A stretch of 63,978 bases of DNA, filler included, from Octopus bimaculoides (GCF_001194135.2; 7 parts of 7 records of this genome joined end to end with filler, not necessarily neighbours in it); one strand, 5' to 3'; counted from the whole stretch's first letter, positions 37,730 to 51,262 are shown. Notes: a model not told the origin generated them from the sequence alone. Numbers and translations: made by a program.

Positions 37730-38075
37730 TGGTTCCAGGTACAGTCCCACTGTGTGGTGCCTTGGGCAACTGTCTTCTACTATAACCTCGGGCCGACCAA
37801 AGCCTTGTGACTGGATTTGGTAGACGGAAACTGAAAGAAGCCCGTCGTATATATATATGTGTGTGTGTACGTGTATCTTTGTGTCTGTGTTTGGCGTCCC
37901 ACCACCATCATTTGACAACCGATGTTGGTTTGTTTCCGCTCCCGTAATTAAGTGGTTCGGAAAAAGGGACCGATATAGTAAGAACTAGGCTTACACAGAA
38001 TAAGTCCTGGCGTTTATTTGTTTCACTAAAACTCTTTAAAGCGATAGTTTAGCATGACCGCTGTCAAATGAATGA
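37730..38075 (+). mobile_element. SINE A (head partly missing)
   Basis: Matches 14130-14490. Confidence 0.88.
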
Positions 38076-38180
38076 AGTAAAAGAATATATATATATATGT
38101 GTATATATTTACATGCAGAGTTAGATTGAGGGAGGGAGAGAGAGAGATGATAAACTGAAAAAGACAGACAAGGTGAGAGA

Positions 38181-38225
<45 letters not shown>

Positions 38226-39097
38226 CACACACACACACACACACGTATATGCGTACATACATAAACTTATATCTTTGGGAGGGAATCTAATATTCACTCA
38301 TACACACACAGGCACGCACTCACGTACAAGCACATGTACGAACACATCGTCAGAAAATCTTTGCCATCGACTAAGCCGCAACGCCAAACCATTTCCACCA
38401 CAACCGCTACCACCACAATCCCCCACCTTCACCACAGCCACCTTCAAGACTGATAGTTATTTTGAGCATCCCTTACATTCGATTTGTCTCCAATGCCATA
38501 AGCAATGACCTGTAAAAGAGATTAGTGTTGCTCCAAACCTTCTCAATATTGAATTGATGCAAATCAAAATGGCGTCCAAATATAATTATTTCCGGCTATC
38601 TCCGCCTATCTCCGTCTATCTCTCTACCAATAACGTTGATCTTTTATTAAACATCATCTTATTACTTCTTACTCTTTTGTTTTAACATAAAGATATTTAA
38701 CCCAAGATTTCTTGCTGCTTCCGATTCTTTCGCGTGTTTTAGTCTCTTCCTTAAATTCTTTTTCGTTTTGCCTTTTTTTCTTTGCTCTTGTATTTTTCCC
38801 TTTAAATTTTTCCTTCTTTTTCTTCCCTTCTAGTTTTTTAATTTTTTTTTTTTATTGATTGGGTGGGAGTAGCGGGTTGCAATGGTGATGCTTTTGGAAG
38901 TGGTGGGAGGTGTAGTAATAGTGGTTATGTTGGTATTGGCTATAGTGGAGACGGTGACGATGGTGGTGAAGGTGGTGGGGATGTTGGTAGTGATGGTAAT
39001 ATTTATTCTATTAACTGAAATCCATTCTTCTTTCATGAATCATAATATAATGATCACAATGAATATATATAAACATGTATTATATATATATATATAT

Positions 39098-39298
39098 AGG
39101 CGTAGGAGTGACTGTGGTAAGTAGCTTGCTTACCAACCACATGGTCCCGGGTTCAGTCCCACTGCGTGGCATCTTGGGCAAGTGTCTTCTACTATAGCCT
39201 CGGGCCGACCAATGCCTTGTGAGTGGATTTGGTAGACAGAAACTGAAAGAAGCCTGTCGTATATATGTATGTGTGTATGTGTTTGTATGTCTGTGTTT
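39098..39298 (+). mobile_element. SINE A 5' half, running into a gap at its internal microsatellite
   Basis: GGCGTAGGAGTGACTGTGGTAAGTAGCTTGCTTACC..GGGTTCAGTCCC. Confidence 0.9.
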
Positions 39299-39557
39299 GN
39301 NNNNNNNNNNNNNNNNNNNNNNNNNNNNNNNNNNNNNNNNNNNNNNNNNNNNNNNNNNNNNNNNNNNNNNNNNNNNNNNNNNNNNNNNNNNNNNNNNNNN
39401 NNNNNNNNNNNNNNNNNNNNNNNNNNNNNNNNNNNNNNNNNNNNNNNNNNNNNNNNNNNNNNNNNNNNNNNNNNNNNNNNNNNNNNNNNNNNNNNNNNNN
39501 NNNNNNNNNNNNNNNNNNNNNNNNNNNNNNNNNNNNNNNNNNNNNNNNNNNNNNNNN

Positions 39558-40092
39558 GAGCGTGAGCGCCTGGCGACACTCAAGGTGCCAGATGCCCAAA
39601 CTCGGTCGACGCTTGATCCAAGATTGCAGCTCACTCAAAGAGACGAGTCTGACAAACGGCAATCACACCTACTCACCGTCGTCGAGGAAACGCTGGATGT
39701 GCCGCAGCCTCAGCGCATATCTGCGTATCAATAGTCACGGCATACCCTGCCCACCGTCCATAGGTCGTTGACAGCAAATGGAGGCGGAGAAGCAAATGCT
39801 CCAGCTTGACCAGGTACGAACTGGGGGCAAGGCACGACGGTGAAGTGGTAGTATATGACCGAGGCGACGTATGTGTTCGCCACCTCTGCCCGACCTTTCA
39901 AGGATAGCTTCCTCTCAACCTATTTCTGGGTGAGACCGGCTACCCTGCTCGTCACCACGCTCCAGTTCTTTTCCAGTTGGAGGTCCGATCCGAACCAGAC
40001 TCCGGCCAATTCTGCGGGGCCCGACCGTCCAACGCCTCTCCAGGTGCCGAGCTGCAGGTCCACTTTTCCGGATTAATCTTTGCTCCCGTTAC
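39558..40092 (-). mobile_element. Tx1/L1-clade LINE RT C-terminal fragment
   Basis: TVKEYEEVTGAKINPEK..LQLGTWRG..GVWFGSDLQLEKNWSVVTSRV..RKLSLKGRAEVANTYVASVIYY..RPMDGGQGMP. Confidence 0.85.
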
Positions 40093-40148
40093 TTCCTCGT
40101 ATTCTTTCACAGTAAATAATAATAATAATAATAATTATTATAATAATA

Positions 40149-40352
40149 GTGAGTGAAAATCTTGAGAAGTACATGGAACAAATAGGGGCTGCAATAAGGG
40201 TGGAGCACTTGCAGAAAACAGCATTGCTTGGACCCGCTCGGATATTCTGAATGGTGCTCGAAAATTAAGGGGTTTTACCTTACTTCATTGGTAGTGAACA
40301 TTGACACCGTAGTACATCTCCAGCATTAGAAGCTGTGCAAAGACAATAAAAT
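40149..40352 (+). mobile_element. R4/Dong 3' end, same family as 233-665, preceded by (AAT)n
   Basis: ENLEKYMEQIGAAIRVEHLQKTALLGPARIF, and a shared 3'UTR ending GAAGCTGTGCAAAGACAATAA; (AAT)n at 40113-48. Confidence 0.9.
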
Positions 40353-43148
40353 AGTAATGATAGATAGATAGATAGATAGATATGCAGGCATAAATATATG
40401 TATGCCTCCCTCTATGTTTGATATATTTGCCTATCTTTTTTTTCTAGTCTGTCTTCATTCATGTCTTTCCCTCCTCTCTCTCTTACTCTCTCTCTCTCTC
40501 TCCTGTGTCTCTCTCTCATTCTGTATGTGTGGAGAATGTTATACATAATTGTTACGTTTTTAAAACATTTTTATTCTTCATTCTGTAACACATATCTCGT
40601 TATCCTACTTTCGTGGCGCACACACACACACACACACGTGCGTGCGTGCGTGCATACATGCATAAATACATACACATACACATATACACAAGCATACAAA
40701 CATACATACAATCATTCATTCATACAAATGTATACGTCTATGCAGATATTTGAATGCGTATCTGCACGTCTGTTTCTGAACGTATCGGAACAGATGCACA
40801 TGTACCGATGCATACACGCGTGCGCGCGCCAAAACACGATCATGCGCACAAACACTCACAGCCATACACACACAAACATACACACGAGCGCCATATTATA
40901 TACATGCACGACGAAGATTCCACTAACAGTTGTTAAGCTCTACATCTTTCTGTCTTCTTCCTTTCACACATTCACCAAAGAACAGAACGTTTTTTTACCA
41001 TCCGTCGCGTAGTTTTTTCTGGTTTCCCTCATGTGAATTGTTCTTTTGATTTCACCCATTAAAATACCCAAACAACAACAAAAACAATACTACTACTAAT
41101 AATAATAATCAGAACATTAAAACAGAAACAAAATGGTGATTCTATTTTAAAAACGTGTCTGTTTTAACGCATGCGCTCTCTTCCAGCAGTAATCACTTGA
41201 GTACATCCATTAATATAGCACATTTCATTTTGGATCTATTCTTCTTTGAAGGCTACCATTAATCTTTGATTCTATTCACGCCAGTTATCATGATTTTCAT
41301 TTGAGTATCAATGAGTTACAAGGTAAAGCTGCTGGCAGTACGAGGTGGCGACCCGGTTTCTAGTCGAGGTTAAAGTTATAACACTTTATTCCCGTCTCTT
41401 AATTTTTTCCTTTTTTTTTTTAAGGCGCTAATCTTACACTTCCTGATTCCTACGAACCCCTTTCTCTCTGTCTCGGCTATAAAACTGAGCGTTGAACATA
41501 TCAAAAGAAACCATTCCTTTGTTAGATTTGTAGTACTTACAGTATCAATGATATCATATTCACAGATAGAGCAATTGAGGAATGTAGAATTAAGCGATCT
41601 CTCTCCCTCCCTCTCTCTCCAAAATAAACAAATAAATAAATTAAGGCCAAGCCGAAACATCTGTCGTGGTTTTCAACACACGATTCATTACTTGGTGTTC
41701 TAATTAACTTGTACTTTTTAAATATTTATGTCTCCATCATCGGCACTATGTAGGAAGGTTCTCTAAGTAAACGAGATCAAATCATACAGAAATATTTCCG
41801 CATTAAAGCCCCCTGTTCACCCGTTTTAATAATTTGCTCACTTTTACTATTTTACTACACTGACTTGTTCGTATTTTTTTTTCAAAGCTTAATATATTGT
41901 TTACGTCTTCTTTTTTTTTGTATTTGATCTTTTCCTGTTGTTCATCTTTCAACAGAAATATCATAGAAGTTAGCTACAGCTACAAACGTTAATATTTTAT
42001 ATTGTTAATAATTTAATTAATTTATTACACGAGGGTTTACACAAATTAGGTAGTTGGCTAAATCGTTAGATTGTCAGCGAATGTGGCTTTTTTTTTCTCA
42101 CAGTATTCTGTTCCGGCTCTTTATATTTTGAGTTCAAATCTTGCTGTGATCAACTTTGCTTTTCGTTCTTCTAGGTTCTACAGTGCTATTCAATTAGCAG
42201 AATCTATAATACTTAATTGACTAATACTAGAGTCTTCCAGAATTCTTCAAGTGAGAAATGTTGCTGAGAATCCCGAACAATCATATCTAGGGTTGCTTAC
42301 CCTTTAAGGGTGGTAACATGAATGGTTAGTGTAATGAGGGACAGTGAATCCCGTTAATGTTAGCTTTGAAACTGAACTACAATATACACAGATATTATAA
42401 CAGAAAATGTGCCACGTCCCTCACTATATAAGACACTGGAAAATTAATCTGAAAAATGGGATTCGAAATATATGTATATATTCAAATATTCAGAGAGACA
42501 ACTCACTGCTTCACCATCCAAATACATCTGGATTTTAAAGGATGATAATGATAGTAACAACTATAATAGAACACGCGTCTCCTTACATGAATGGATCGAG
42601 AAGGTTCCATTTCTGACTGCGAGCATTCTAAAGTAGCGTTTAGCAATTTTGAACAAAATATCAGAATTGATGGATTAGTACAGATTAAGAATTTCCAACA
42701 TCTAAATGGTTAAAATAGCTACAAAAAAATTATCTTTAACATAATAGATTTGCCATACACTGAAAGATGAGATACTTAAAAAAAAAATCATATAAAATTT
42801 TTCCAGCAACCAATCAAGTCCGGTTGTACAGTTGATTAATCATATTCCGAGATGTTCAATATTTTTGCTTATATGTCGTCACGTTGTTCCCTTACCTCAC
42901 TCATTTGAAGAACCATAAAGGTGAAATGGAACGACTTGACTGAAGAAACTTCAATTTGTAATGTAATATACACATTCTGCAAAATGTGTGCGCGCGTGTG
43001 TATGTATAATATCAATATATATATATACATACATACACACACAGTTTTGTAGTTTCTCTAAANNNNNNNNNNNNNNNNNNNNNNNNNNNNNNNNNNNNNN
43101 NNNNNNNNNNNNNNNNNNNNNNNNNNNNNNNNNNNNNNNNNNNNNNNN

Positions 43149-43182
<34 letters not shown>

Positions 43183-44286
43183 ATAGAAACGCGGAAGACC
43201 AGACTTACGTCAGCATATGTATATTTGTATACGTGTGTGTATACTTATTTGTATATACATGTATACATTCATACATATTATCATATATGTACGTGTATAT
43301 ATGCATATCTATATAAATATGGGAGAGAGAGAAGGAGTGAGTGTGAGGGTGTACGTATGAATGTATATTTATACATATATCGGATAGAAAACATTTCGAA
43401 TATTTTTCAATAGTTTTGCCTTGGAACGAGCTCTTGTGGAATAAACGATTAGTTTGATTGAAGAAGGTGGAATCTGGTCTGTCTTTCTCAGACTGATAAC
43501 ACGATCGTCTGCTTCACTGAAATATTTTACAGCAACAACAACAACGATTATGATAATAATAATAATAATAATTTATATGCAAAACCCCGACAATATGAAA
43601 AGCAGCAGAAAGAACAATGATAAAATAATGATAATTTTGAATATTTATTATTACATATTTATGTTAACAACAACAACGATGGTAATAAAAATAATAATAA
43701 TAATAATAATAATAATGGTGATGATGATGATGATAATAATAATATGTAAAAGAAAGAATTATGAAAATCGAAATATAAACTTCAAACGGATGTCTAGAAG
43801 TCATAAAAATGATTCATTTTCTTTTGTCACATTTTTTGCATATATATACATACATACATACATATGCACATATCTGTGTGTGTGTATACACACATATGGT
43901 TAAGTATATGAATGTATATGTACATACCCAAACACACACGTACATACACCAACATTTATGTATGTATAGGTGTATATATATATACAAATGGGCAACACCC
44001 TATATATATATATATATGAATATTCACAAATATATTGATCTTACTGACGAAGAAGAAGAGGAGGAGGTGGAGGAGGAAAGAAGTCGGAGTCAAATTGTTA
44101 ATTCAGTAGGTCACTTTCAGTCTATACCCACCCACNNNNNNNNNNNNNNNNNNNNNNNNNNNNNNNNNNNNNNNNNNNNTTAATTAATTAANNNNNNNNN
44201 NNNNNNNNNNNNNNNNNNNNNNNNNNNNNNNNNNNGGTCATTTTTTGCAAAGAGCTTTAAATCATCCATGTAAATGAGATGATTTA

Positions 44287-44344
<58 letters not shown>

Positions 44345-44489
44345 TTTGATAGAGAGGAGAGAGGAAAGTGTTACCTTCTAGCGAGTTTGTAGAAAGGTGG
44401 GTGAACGCTGGAAGAATGGCCAGTGTGAAAGGACTAATTCTGAGCGTGCACCTGTAAAAAAAAAACAAAAAAAAAAACAGAAGGGCTCT

Positions 44490-44680
44490 TGCCCTGTTGT
44501 TGAGGCTTTTGTGGGAGTTTTTCCGAGTTCAAATCCTGCCGAGGTCAACTTTGCCTTTTATCGTTTCGGGGTCGATTAAATAAATATAAGTTAATCACTG
44601 GGTGTCGCTGTAATCGACTGGCCCCTTGCCATTAATTTTGAAGCTTTACGCTTCTGGTAGAAAGGAATATATTGTTATTG
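44490..44680 (+). mobile_element. SINE B fragment
   Basis: GAGTTCAAATCCTGCCGAGGTCAACTTTGCCTTTTATCGTTTCGGGGTCGAT. Confidence 0.8.
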
Positions 44681-44899
44681 AGAAGAAAAATAGTAAGGTT
44701 GATGATGATGATGATGATGATGATGATGAGAGCAGAAAAGACATTATACAATATATGGAACGATGTAATACATCTTTCAGAGGTACACGAATGCATACAT
44801 ACATACATACATACATACATGTATACATGCATGCATACATACATATATACATATATACATGCATGCATGCATACATATATGCATACATACATTCCAAGT

Positions 44900-45300
44900 A
44901 TTGGAATGACCAATTTTAGATACTATTGGAATTTACTCACAAGGTATTGGAATCTTATATGTATACCATTCTGCCTAAATAATGGATCTACAAATGCAAT
45001 ATCCCTGCATATCTCCACTTCACTCTCTATTTTGTATCTTATCTAGAATAACTATTGCTTAACCATTTCCTCGCACCGTCTCCGATGAAGGGATATATAA
45101 AATATCCCGGAAACAGCTGTAAGACCTTCTATTTATAAAGATTCTAAAATTTTTCACAGCCTTGGATTTTTATCTCATTGTGTTAATTTTTTTTATGTAT
45201 ACAATGCCGATCTATGAAAAACGTTGAACTCCTTAATCGCATAATCACCGAACCTGGAGCTTAACTCAGCATTACCTGACACCTTTGGGTCTTATTGACA
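44900..45300 (+). mobile_element. Penelope-like terminal-repeat fragment
   Basis: Non-SINE repeat-like segment between microsatellites that contains the hammerhead at 45078-45125; boundaries approximate. Confidence 0.5.
45078..45125 (+). ncRNA. Minimal type I hammerhead ribozyme motif (U4C core)
   Basis: GTCT-CCGATGA-A-GGGATAT(ATAAA)ATATCCC-G-GAAAC-AGCT-GT-A-AGAC: 4-bp stem I, 7-bp stem II with an A.G mismatch at its base, palindromic stem-III loop, GTA triplet. Confidence 0.75.
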
Positions 45301-45492
45301 CCCTTAACTCTCATAACCCCTCTCTCTCTCTCTCTCTCTCTCTCTGTATATATATATATATATATATATGCATGTAAATATATATATACATATATATATA
45401 TATATAAATATATATATATGTGTGTGTATATATATATATATGTATATGTATCTGTATGTATATATATATATATATATATGTATATGTATCTG

Positions 45493-45533
<41 letters not shown>

Positions 45534-45569
45534 ATATCAATATATGTATATATATGTATGTATGCATAT

Positions 45570-45790
45570 ATGTATGTGTGTGTGTGTGTGCGTGCGTTTG
45601 TGTTTGTTCCTCATCAATGCCTTACAACCGGTATTAGGGAGTAACATTAGTGGTTCGGTAAAAAAAATACCGCTAGAAGTAACATGCTTAAAAAAAAAAT
45701 GAGTTCTGGAATCACTCGACTAAATTTCTTCAAGGCGGTGCCCCAGCATGGCCGCAGTTTAATGACGGAAACAAGTAAAAGATGAAAGGC
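45570..45790 (+). mobile_element. SINE A 3' half, preceded by a long (TA)/(TG) tract
   Basis: GGTTCGGTAAAA..GGCGGTGCCCCAGCATGGCCGCAG..GAAACAAGTAAAAGA. Confidence 0.8.
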
Positions 45791-45829
45791 AAAAGACGGT
45801 TAGAACTGATCTGGGTAAAATTAAAATCT

Positions 45830-46125
45830 ACTGCCGGAGCAGACGACAGATGAGGTTTGGCGCAATTTCTTTCCGGACGACCAATGCAAATGATTGGTTT
45901 CTAATGATTAATTTTAGGTGCTGTGAATTATTAGCTCGCTCCCGCCATCAAATCAACGTTTCCTGACCAGGTGTACTGTGTGCTACATGTTAGATGCCGA
46001 AGTAATCGGAGGGCAACATGAAATTAGGGGTTTTGCTCAAAAACACAACGCGTCACTCAGTGTGGGAATCGAAACCACGATCTCGAGAGTGTAATACTCT
46101 AACTACTCGGCCATGCGCCTTCAAA
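45830..46125 (-). mobile_element. tRNA-SINE related to family C with a different body
   Basis: Minus head GAAGGCGCATGGCCGAGTAGTTAGAG..GTGGTTTCGATTCCC..GTGTTTTTGAGCAAAAC. Confidence 0.7.
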
Positions 46126-46719
46126 TCTTCTACGACACAATGTAATATTCACAGTTTATTTTCTTACAGTTTCCAATATATTATATTATCGTTTCCAACA
46201 TTCACCACTGCAAGAAAGAAAAAAAAAAAAAAGAAATTAATCAGATACAGCGGGTTAAATTAAAAGTGATTTAACAGTAATTACTTTCCTAATTACTAAT
46301 TAAAACGATTATAATTAAAATTGTCTCGTTGATGTTTTTGAGATTTGATTATCTTGTACACAACGAAGATGGCTCCATCATGTGCAGCCACACAACGCAT
46401 TCTATACAGACAGAGGAGGTACTCCAGTATGGTCTTAACTGTAATATCTGAAACAAAGCCAATGGACTAAATATATGCATCGTATACGTACGACTGGGTG
46501 TATAATATGTGTTAAGAGATAAGTGTGGAAACGAAATTTGCTTAATGGGTAATAAACCGAGGCCCAACCCAACATGTTTAAAGCGTTTTCATGCNNNNNN
46601 NNNNCCACCAAAATTTTAGTGGGGCAGCGTTTGTCCCCTCTGCACCCACTGTTCCCAAGCCTATGTGTAAAGATATGAAAATATATACAACACACACATA
46701 CAATTATTTAAAACAATTT

Positions 46720-46795
46720 GATTCGGCTCTATTTGACTTACAGTTTCGTAGGTTTCTTACCGAAACCTAGCTCGTCCGATTAAGTTAACCGAATC
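46720..46795 (-). ncRNA. Type I hammerhead ribozyme motif (U4G core, decayed proximal stem I)
   Basis: Minus strand: GATTCGGTT..CGGACGA-G(C)TAGGTTTC(GGTAA)GAAACCTAC-GAAAC-TGTAA-GT-C..AGCCGAATC; 9-bp distal stem I. Confidence 0.7.
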
Positions 46796-46833
<38 letters not shown>

Positions 46834-46860
46834 GTATATGTATGTACACAATATATATAT

Positions 46861-46965
46861 ATACCATTATACCAATGCAAAGATTCAATCTCCTTACAAG
46901 AACGCCTAAACAAGGAAACCCTGTTTATACAAAACTACAGACCACACATTAATATACAAACTTGA
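46861..46965 (+). mobile_element. GIY-YIG endonuclease C-terminus of a Penelope-like element
   Basis: IPLYQCKDSISLQERLNKETLFIQNYRPHINIQT* fits the PLE terminus pattern (R..KE..FI..Y.P.[LI]N). Confidence 0.65.
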
Positions 46966-47620
46966 CCACTTCAAAAATTATAATGCGGAGTTAGTTGACC
47001 CCCTTGCCACCTGTTACCTCCCTTGTTCCACTCTCTAGACTCATTCTTCTTTTTCAAGCATCCAAAATGGCAAGACCCTTTGTCACAAGAATTGTCTATC
47101 TCCTCCTCATTTCGAGCATTGAACGACAATATGAGTCTTCGAAGGCAGTTGCTCCTATAAATATCAAAATAAAATTTGGGATTTATGGAGGGTCAAAGTT
47201 GGAAACAAAAAGAGGACGGTGGTGACATACAAGGAAACCGAACGAAAACAAATATGGAAAGTCGTTAGACCAGAACGAGGGTAAAATAGCGAACGCTGGA
47301 GAAATATTTACTTTGACAAGAGAAAAGACAGAAGAGAGAGATACGATACGTCCAGTCCTTAGGACAGTCCTGAAAGAAAAGGAAGATGATCAAGTGAGGA
47401 AAAGAAAGATGGATGATGGTCACGTGTGAGCAACAAGAGAAAGAACAATAGAAAGAGGAGACAGAGACAGATAGAACACGGTGAAGGGGAGAAAAAAAAG
47501 GAATTACTGAAAGGAGAGAGAAAACGATAGGGGAGAAAACAGTATAGAGTAGAGTGGCATCAAAAAGATTAAGATAAATTTAGTTGGAAATGGATGCATG
47601 CCCCTTGTATTTGAATACTA

Positions 47621-47679
<59 letters not shown>

Positions 47680-47685
<6 letters not shown>

Positions 47686-47800
47686 GCTTTGGTCGGCTCG
47701 AGGCTATAGTAGAAGACACTTTTCCAAGGTGCTACGCGGTGAGACTGAACCCAGTACCATGAGGTTAGGAAGCAAGCTTCATACCACATAGCCACGTCTG
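47680..47800 (-). mobile_element. SINE A 5' half ending in (TA)n
   Basis: Similar to the reverse complement of 14090-14200. Confidence 0.8.
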
Positions 47801-47819
47801 TGTATACAACTGTATATAA

Positions 47820-47957
47820 AAAAATCAAAGCATTTTGGGCACTATGGGAATATAACCAATTTATTGCACATAAATTCTAAGAACAAAATCTTTTATGGAC
47901 CCTCAAGGGCCATATTGACCCTCAAGGGTCATATGAACTCCGGTTGAGAACCACTGG
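47820..47957. mobile_element. hAT-type non-autonomous element end
   Basis: Terminates GGTTGAGAACCACTG, the reverse complement of CAGTGGTTCTCAACC (a Charlie/MER5-like TIR). Confidence 0.5.
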
Positions 47958-48349
47958 TCTGCTGTACCTTTCTTTATTTAAGACTGAAGTATTTGATTTG
48001 AGGTAGATTTGGCTGCTATTTCTTGGAGGTAAAGTGACTTACCTTCTTCTTCGGTTCTTAATACCGAAGACATTGTTAAGTGGGGTTATTTCTTTTCTAA
48101 TTGTCTTTATAACATTTCTTAAATGTGGATGGGTTTGGGGAGAAACGAAAGAAAGGAACGAAGAGTTTGAGAAGTTGGAAATATTTCTTTCAAACCACAA
48201 AAAAACATGTAATTATGGGGACTAATCAGTAACGGTAATTAAACAAGTTCAAAGTAATTAATAGTGAAATATAATTATAGAAAGTGTAAATAAATAAATA
48301 AATAAATAGGAAAGAGGGGAAATACGTGGGGGTAACATATACATGGAGA

Positions 48350-48799
48350 TGGAACAGACAGGTAAGGTGGGTCGGTGGATGGAGAGAGAGAGAGAGAGAG
48401 AGAGAAGGAGAAATATGAGATGGCTAGGCAGACAGACAGACAGACAGAGATGGATGGAGAAATAGAGAAATATATGCAAAGATAGCTTGACGGGTAGAGA
48501 AATGCATGGACAAATGGATGAACAGAGAGAAAGAGAGAAAGAAAGAGAGGAGAGAGAGACTGAGAGAGAGAGAGAGAGAGGGAGAGAGAGTGCGAGAGAG
48601 AGAGAGAGAGAGGGAGAGAGAGGGAAAGAGATGGCGAGAGAGACCGAAAGGTAGATACAGATGTATAAACATGTAGATTTATAGAGAAATACATAGGAAG
48701 ATAGGTGGACAAATAGAAAGATAGAGAAATGCTTGGCTTGATAGGTAGATTGACAGAAAAACAGAGAGAGAGAGAGAGGGGGGGAGAGAGAGAGAGACG

Positions 48800-48839
<40 letters not shown>

Positions 48840-49100
48840 TAGATCGATAGATAGATATAGATCGATAGATAGATAGAAATAGATCGATAGATAGATAGAT
48901 ATAGATCGATAGATAAATAGGTAGATAGATAATCATTGATAGATATATAGATAAATAACGATTGATAGTTGGATAGATAGCTAGAGATAGATAGGTAGAT
49001 AGATAGATAGATAAAAACAAGATAGATAGACAGAATTTGAGAGATAGATAAATAGACAGACAGACACATTGATTGATAGATAAGTAAGTGGATGGAAGGG
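48350..49100. repeat. (GA)n/(GATA)n compound tract
   Basis: Direct reading. Confidence 0.95.
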
Positions 49101-49139
49101 CGCATGTATAAACAATCGATAGACGATGATAGGCAACAA

Positions 49140-49562
49140 GGCGCAGGAGTGGCTGTGTGGTAAGAAGCTTGCTTCCCAGCCATATGGTTCCGAGTTCAGT
49201 CCCACTGTGTAGCAAATGTGTTCTACTATAGCCACGAGCCGACCAAAGCCTTGTGAATGGATTTTGTAGATGGAAACTTTTTGTCCTCCCACCATCGCTT
49301 GACAACCGATAGAATGAGTACTTGGCTTACAAAGAATAAGTCCCGGGGTCGGTGCTCCAGCATGGCCGCAGTCAAAATAACTGAAACAAGTAAAAGAATC
49401 AAAGAAGGCGTGGCTGTGTGGTAAGAAGCTTGCTTCCCAACGACATGGTTCCAGGTTCAGTCCCACTGCGTGACATCTTGGGCAAGTGTCTTTCACTATA
49501 GCCTCGGACCGATCAAAACATTGTGAGGGGATTTGGTAGATGGAAACTGAAAGAAGCCCTTC
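49140..49562 (+). mobile_element. Two tandem SINE A copies (the first lacks the internal TA/TG tract; the second is a 5' half)
   Basis: Heads at about 49140 and 49406. Confidence 0.88.
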
Positions 49563-49623
<61 letters not shown>

Positions 49624-50681
49624 CACCACCACCACCACTACCATATGTACAGACATAAACGGACATGTAATAGACTGAAGAAGTAAAGTCAGACCGGCAG
49701 ACAGACACATACAATAAAGGAGGCATGAAGTAATGAAACAAGAAAGAAAGAGAGAAAGAAAGAAATGTGTGTGATAAGCGAGAGAAGGAGAAAGACAAAG
49801 AATGAGAATATGGAAAGAGAGAGAGAGAGAGATAGGAAGACAGAGAGAGAGAGAGATGGAGGGGAAGAATACGTGTGTGTGTGTGTGTAGAAAAGTTAAT
49901 AGAATGAAAGGAATGAGAAAGAGAAGCAGGAAATAGTGGCAGATTTTGGTAGATGAGGAAGAATATTTTTGTGTGAAGGAAGGAGCCAAAGGAGATGTGA
50001 ATTAGTTGTAAATACATCAAGTGTCGACAGGTTTTGGGNNNNNNNNNNNNNNNNNNNNNNNNNNNNNNNNNNNNNNNNNNNNNNNNNNNNNNNNNNNNNN
50101 NNNNNNNNNNNNNNNNNNNNNNNNNNNNNNNNNNNNNNNNNNNNNNNNNNNNNNNNNNNNNNNNNNNNNNNNNNNNNNNNNNNNNNNNNNNNNNNNNNNN
50201 NNNNNNNNNNNNNNNNNNNNNNNNNNNNNNNNNNNNNNNNNNNNNNNNNNNNNNNNNNNNNNNNNNNNNNNNNNNNNNNNNNNNNNNNNNNNNNNNNNNN
50301 NNNNNNNNNNNNNNNNNNNNNNNNNNNNNNNNNNNNNNNNNNNNNNNNNNNNNNNNNNNNNNNNNNNNNNNNNNNNNNNNNNNNNNNNNNNNNNNNNNNN
50401 NNNNNNNNNNNNNNNNNNNNNNNNNNNNNNNNNNNNNNNNNNNNNNNNNNNNNNNNNNNNNNNNNNNNNNNNNNNNNNNNNNNNNNNNNNNNNNNNNNNN
50501 NNNNNNNNNNNNNNNNNNNNNNNNNNNNNNNNNNNNNNNNNNNNNNNNNNTATATGTATGTATGTATGCCTTCCCGTCCTCCTGACTTTCTTGTACTATC
50601 CAATCTTCCCTTTTCTTTCTCGCTTCTTCTTCTTCTTCTTCTTCTTCTTCTGCAACTGCTGTTGCTGCTGCTGCTGCTGCT

Positions 50682-50739
<58 letters not shown>

Positions 50740-50839
50740 CGTTCGTGCGTGCGTGTGTGTGCATGTGTGTGTGTGAGTTCGCATATATGTGTGTGTCTCT
50801 GTGTGTGTGTGCGTGCGTGCGTGCGCACCAATCCCATCA

Positions 50840-51255
50840 GTGTAGCTGAGTGTCTTCACCTTCCGCTAGAGTGCAACAATCTCCAATCTGATATACCTTG
50901 TTGCTCAGCACAATTGCAGCGGCAAGCAAAAACTTACTCTTTCTCCATGGGGTACCAATAATGGAAACGATTAGATCGTGTCCATAAATCTTGTCTTTGG
51001 TCTTGTGTCCACTGCCTGAGATGTCTTTGGGTCTGCGTAAGAAACCTGGCATAAGATTCGTCAAAGTGATCTTGAAGTTCTTTCTTCATTGTTTAGATTT
51101 CGTTTCCACAGAGAACCAGGTTTGTTCATTCCGAAGAGGGCCGGCCTTGTGGACTTTGAAATACGTGATTGCTAGGTGTTTCGAAGCTATTTTGCAGACA
51201 CTCCGGATTGGTTCCTTATGTATTAGAAGTCTGGCAGCAACAGAGGACCTTGTGT
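50840..51255 (-). mobile_element. Degraded LINE fragment, possibly RTE C-terminus
   Basis: KSTRPALFG..SLWKRNLNNEERT..RILCQVSYADPKT resembles the RTE region around LLYGxETW. Confidence 0.35.
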
Positions 51256-51262
51256 AACAATG

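Noticed and set aside
41645-41669. GGC-CAA-GCC-GAAAC-ATCT-GTC half-hammerhead
   Set aside because: Upstream is poly-A/T with no core or stem I.
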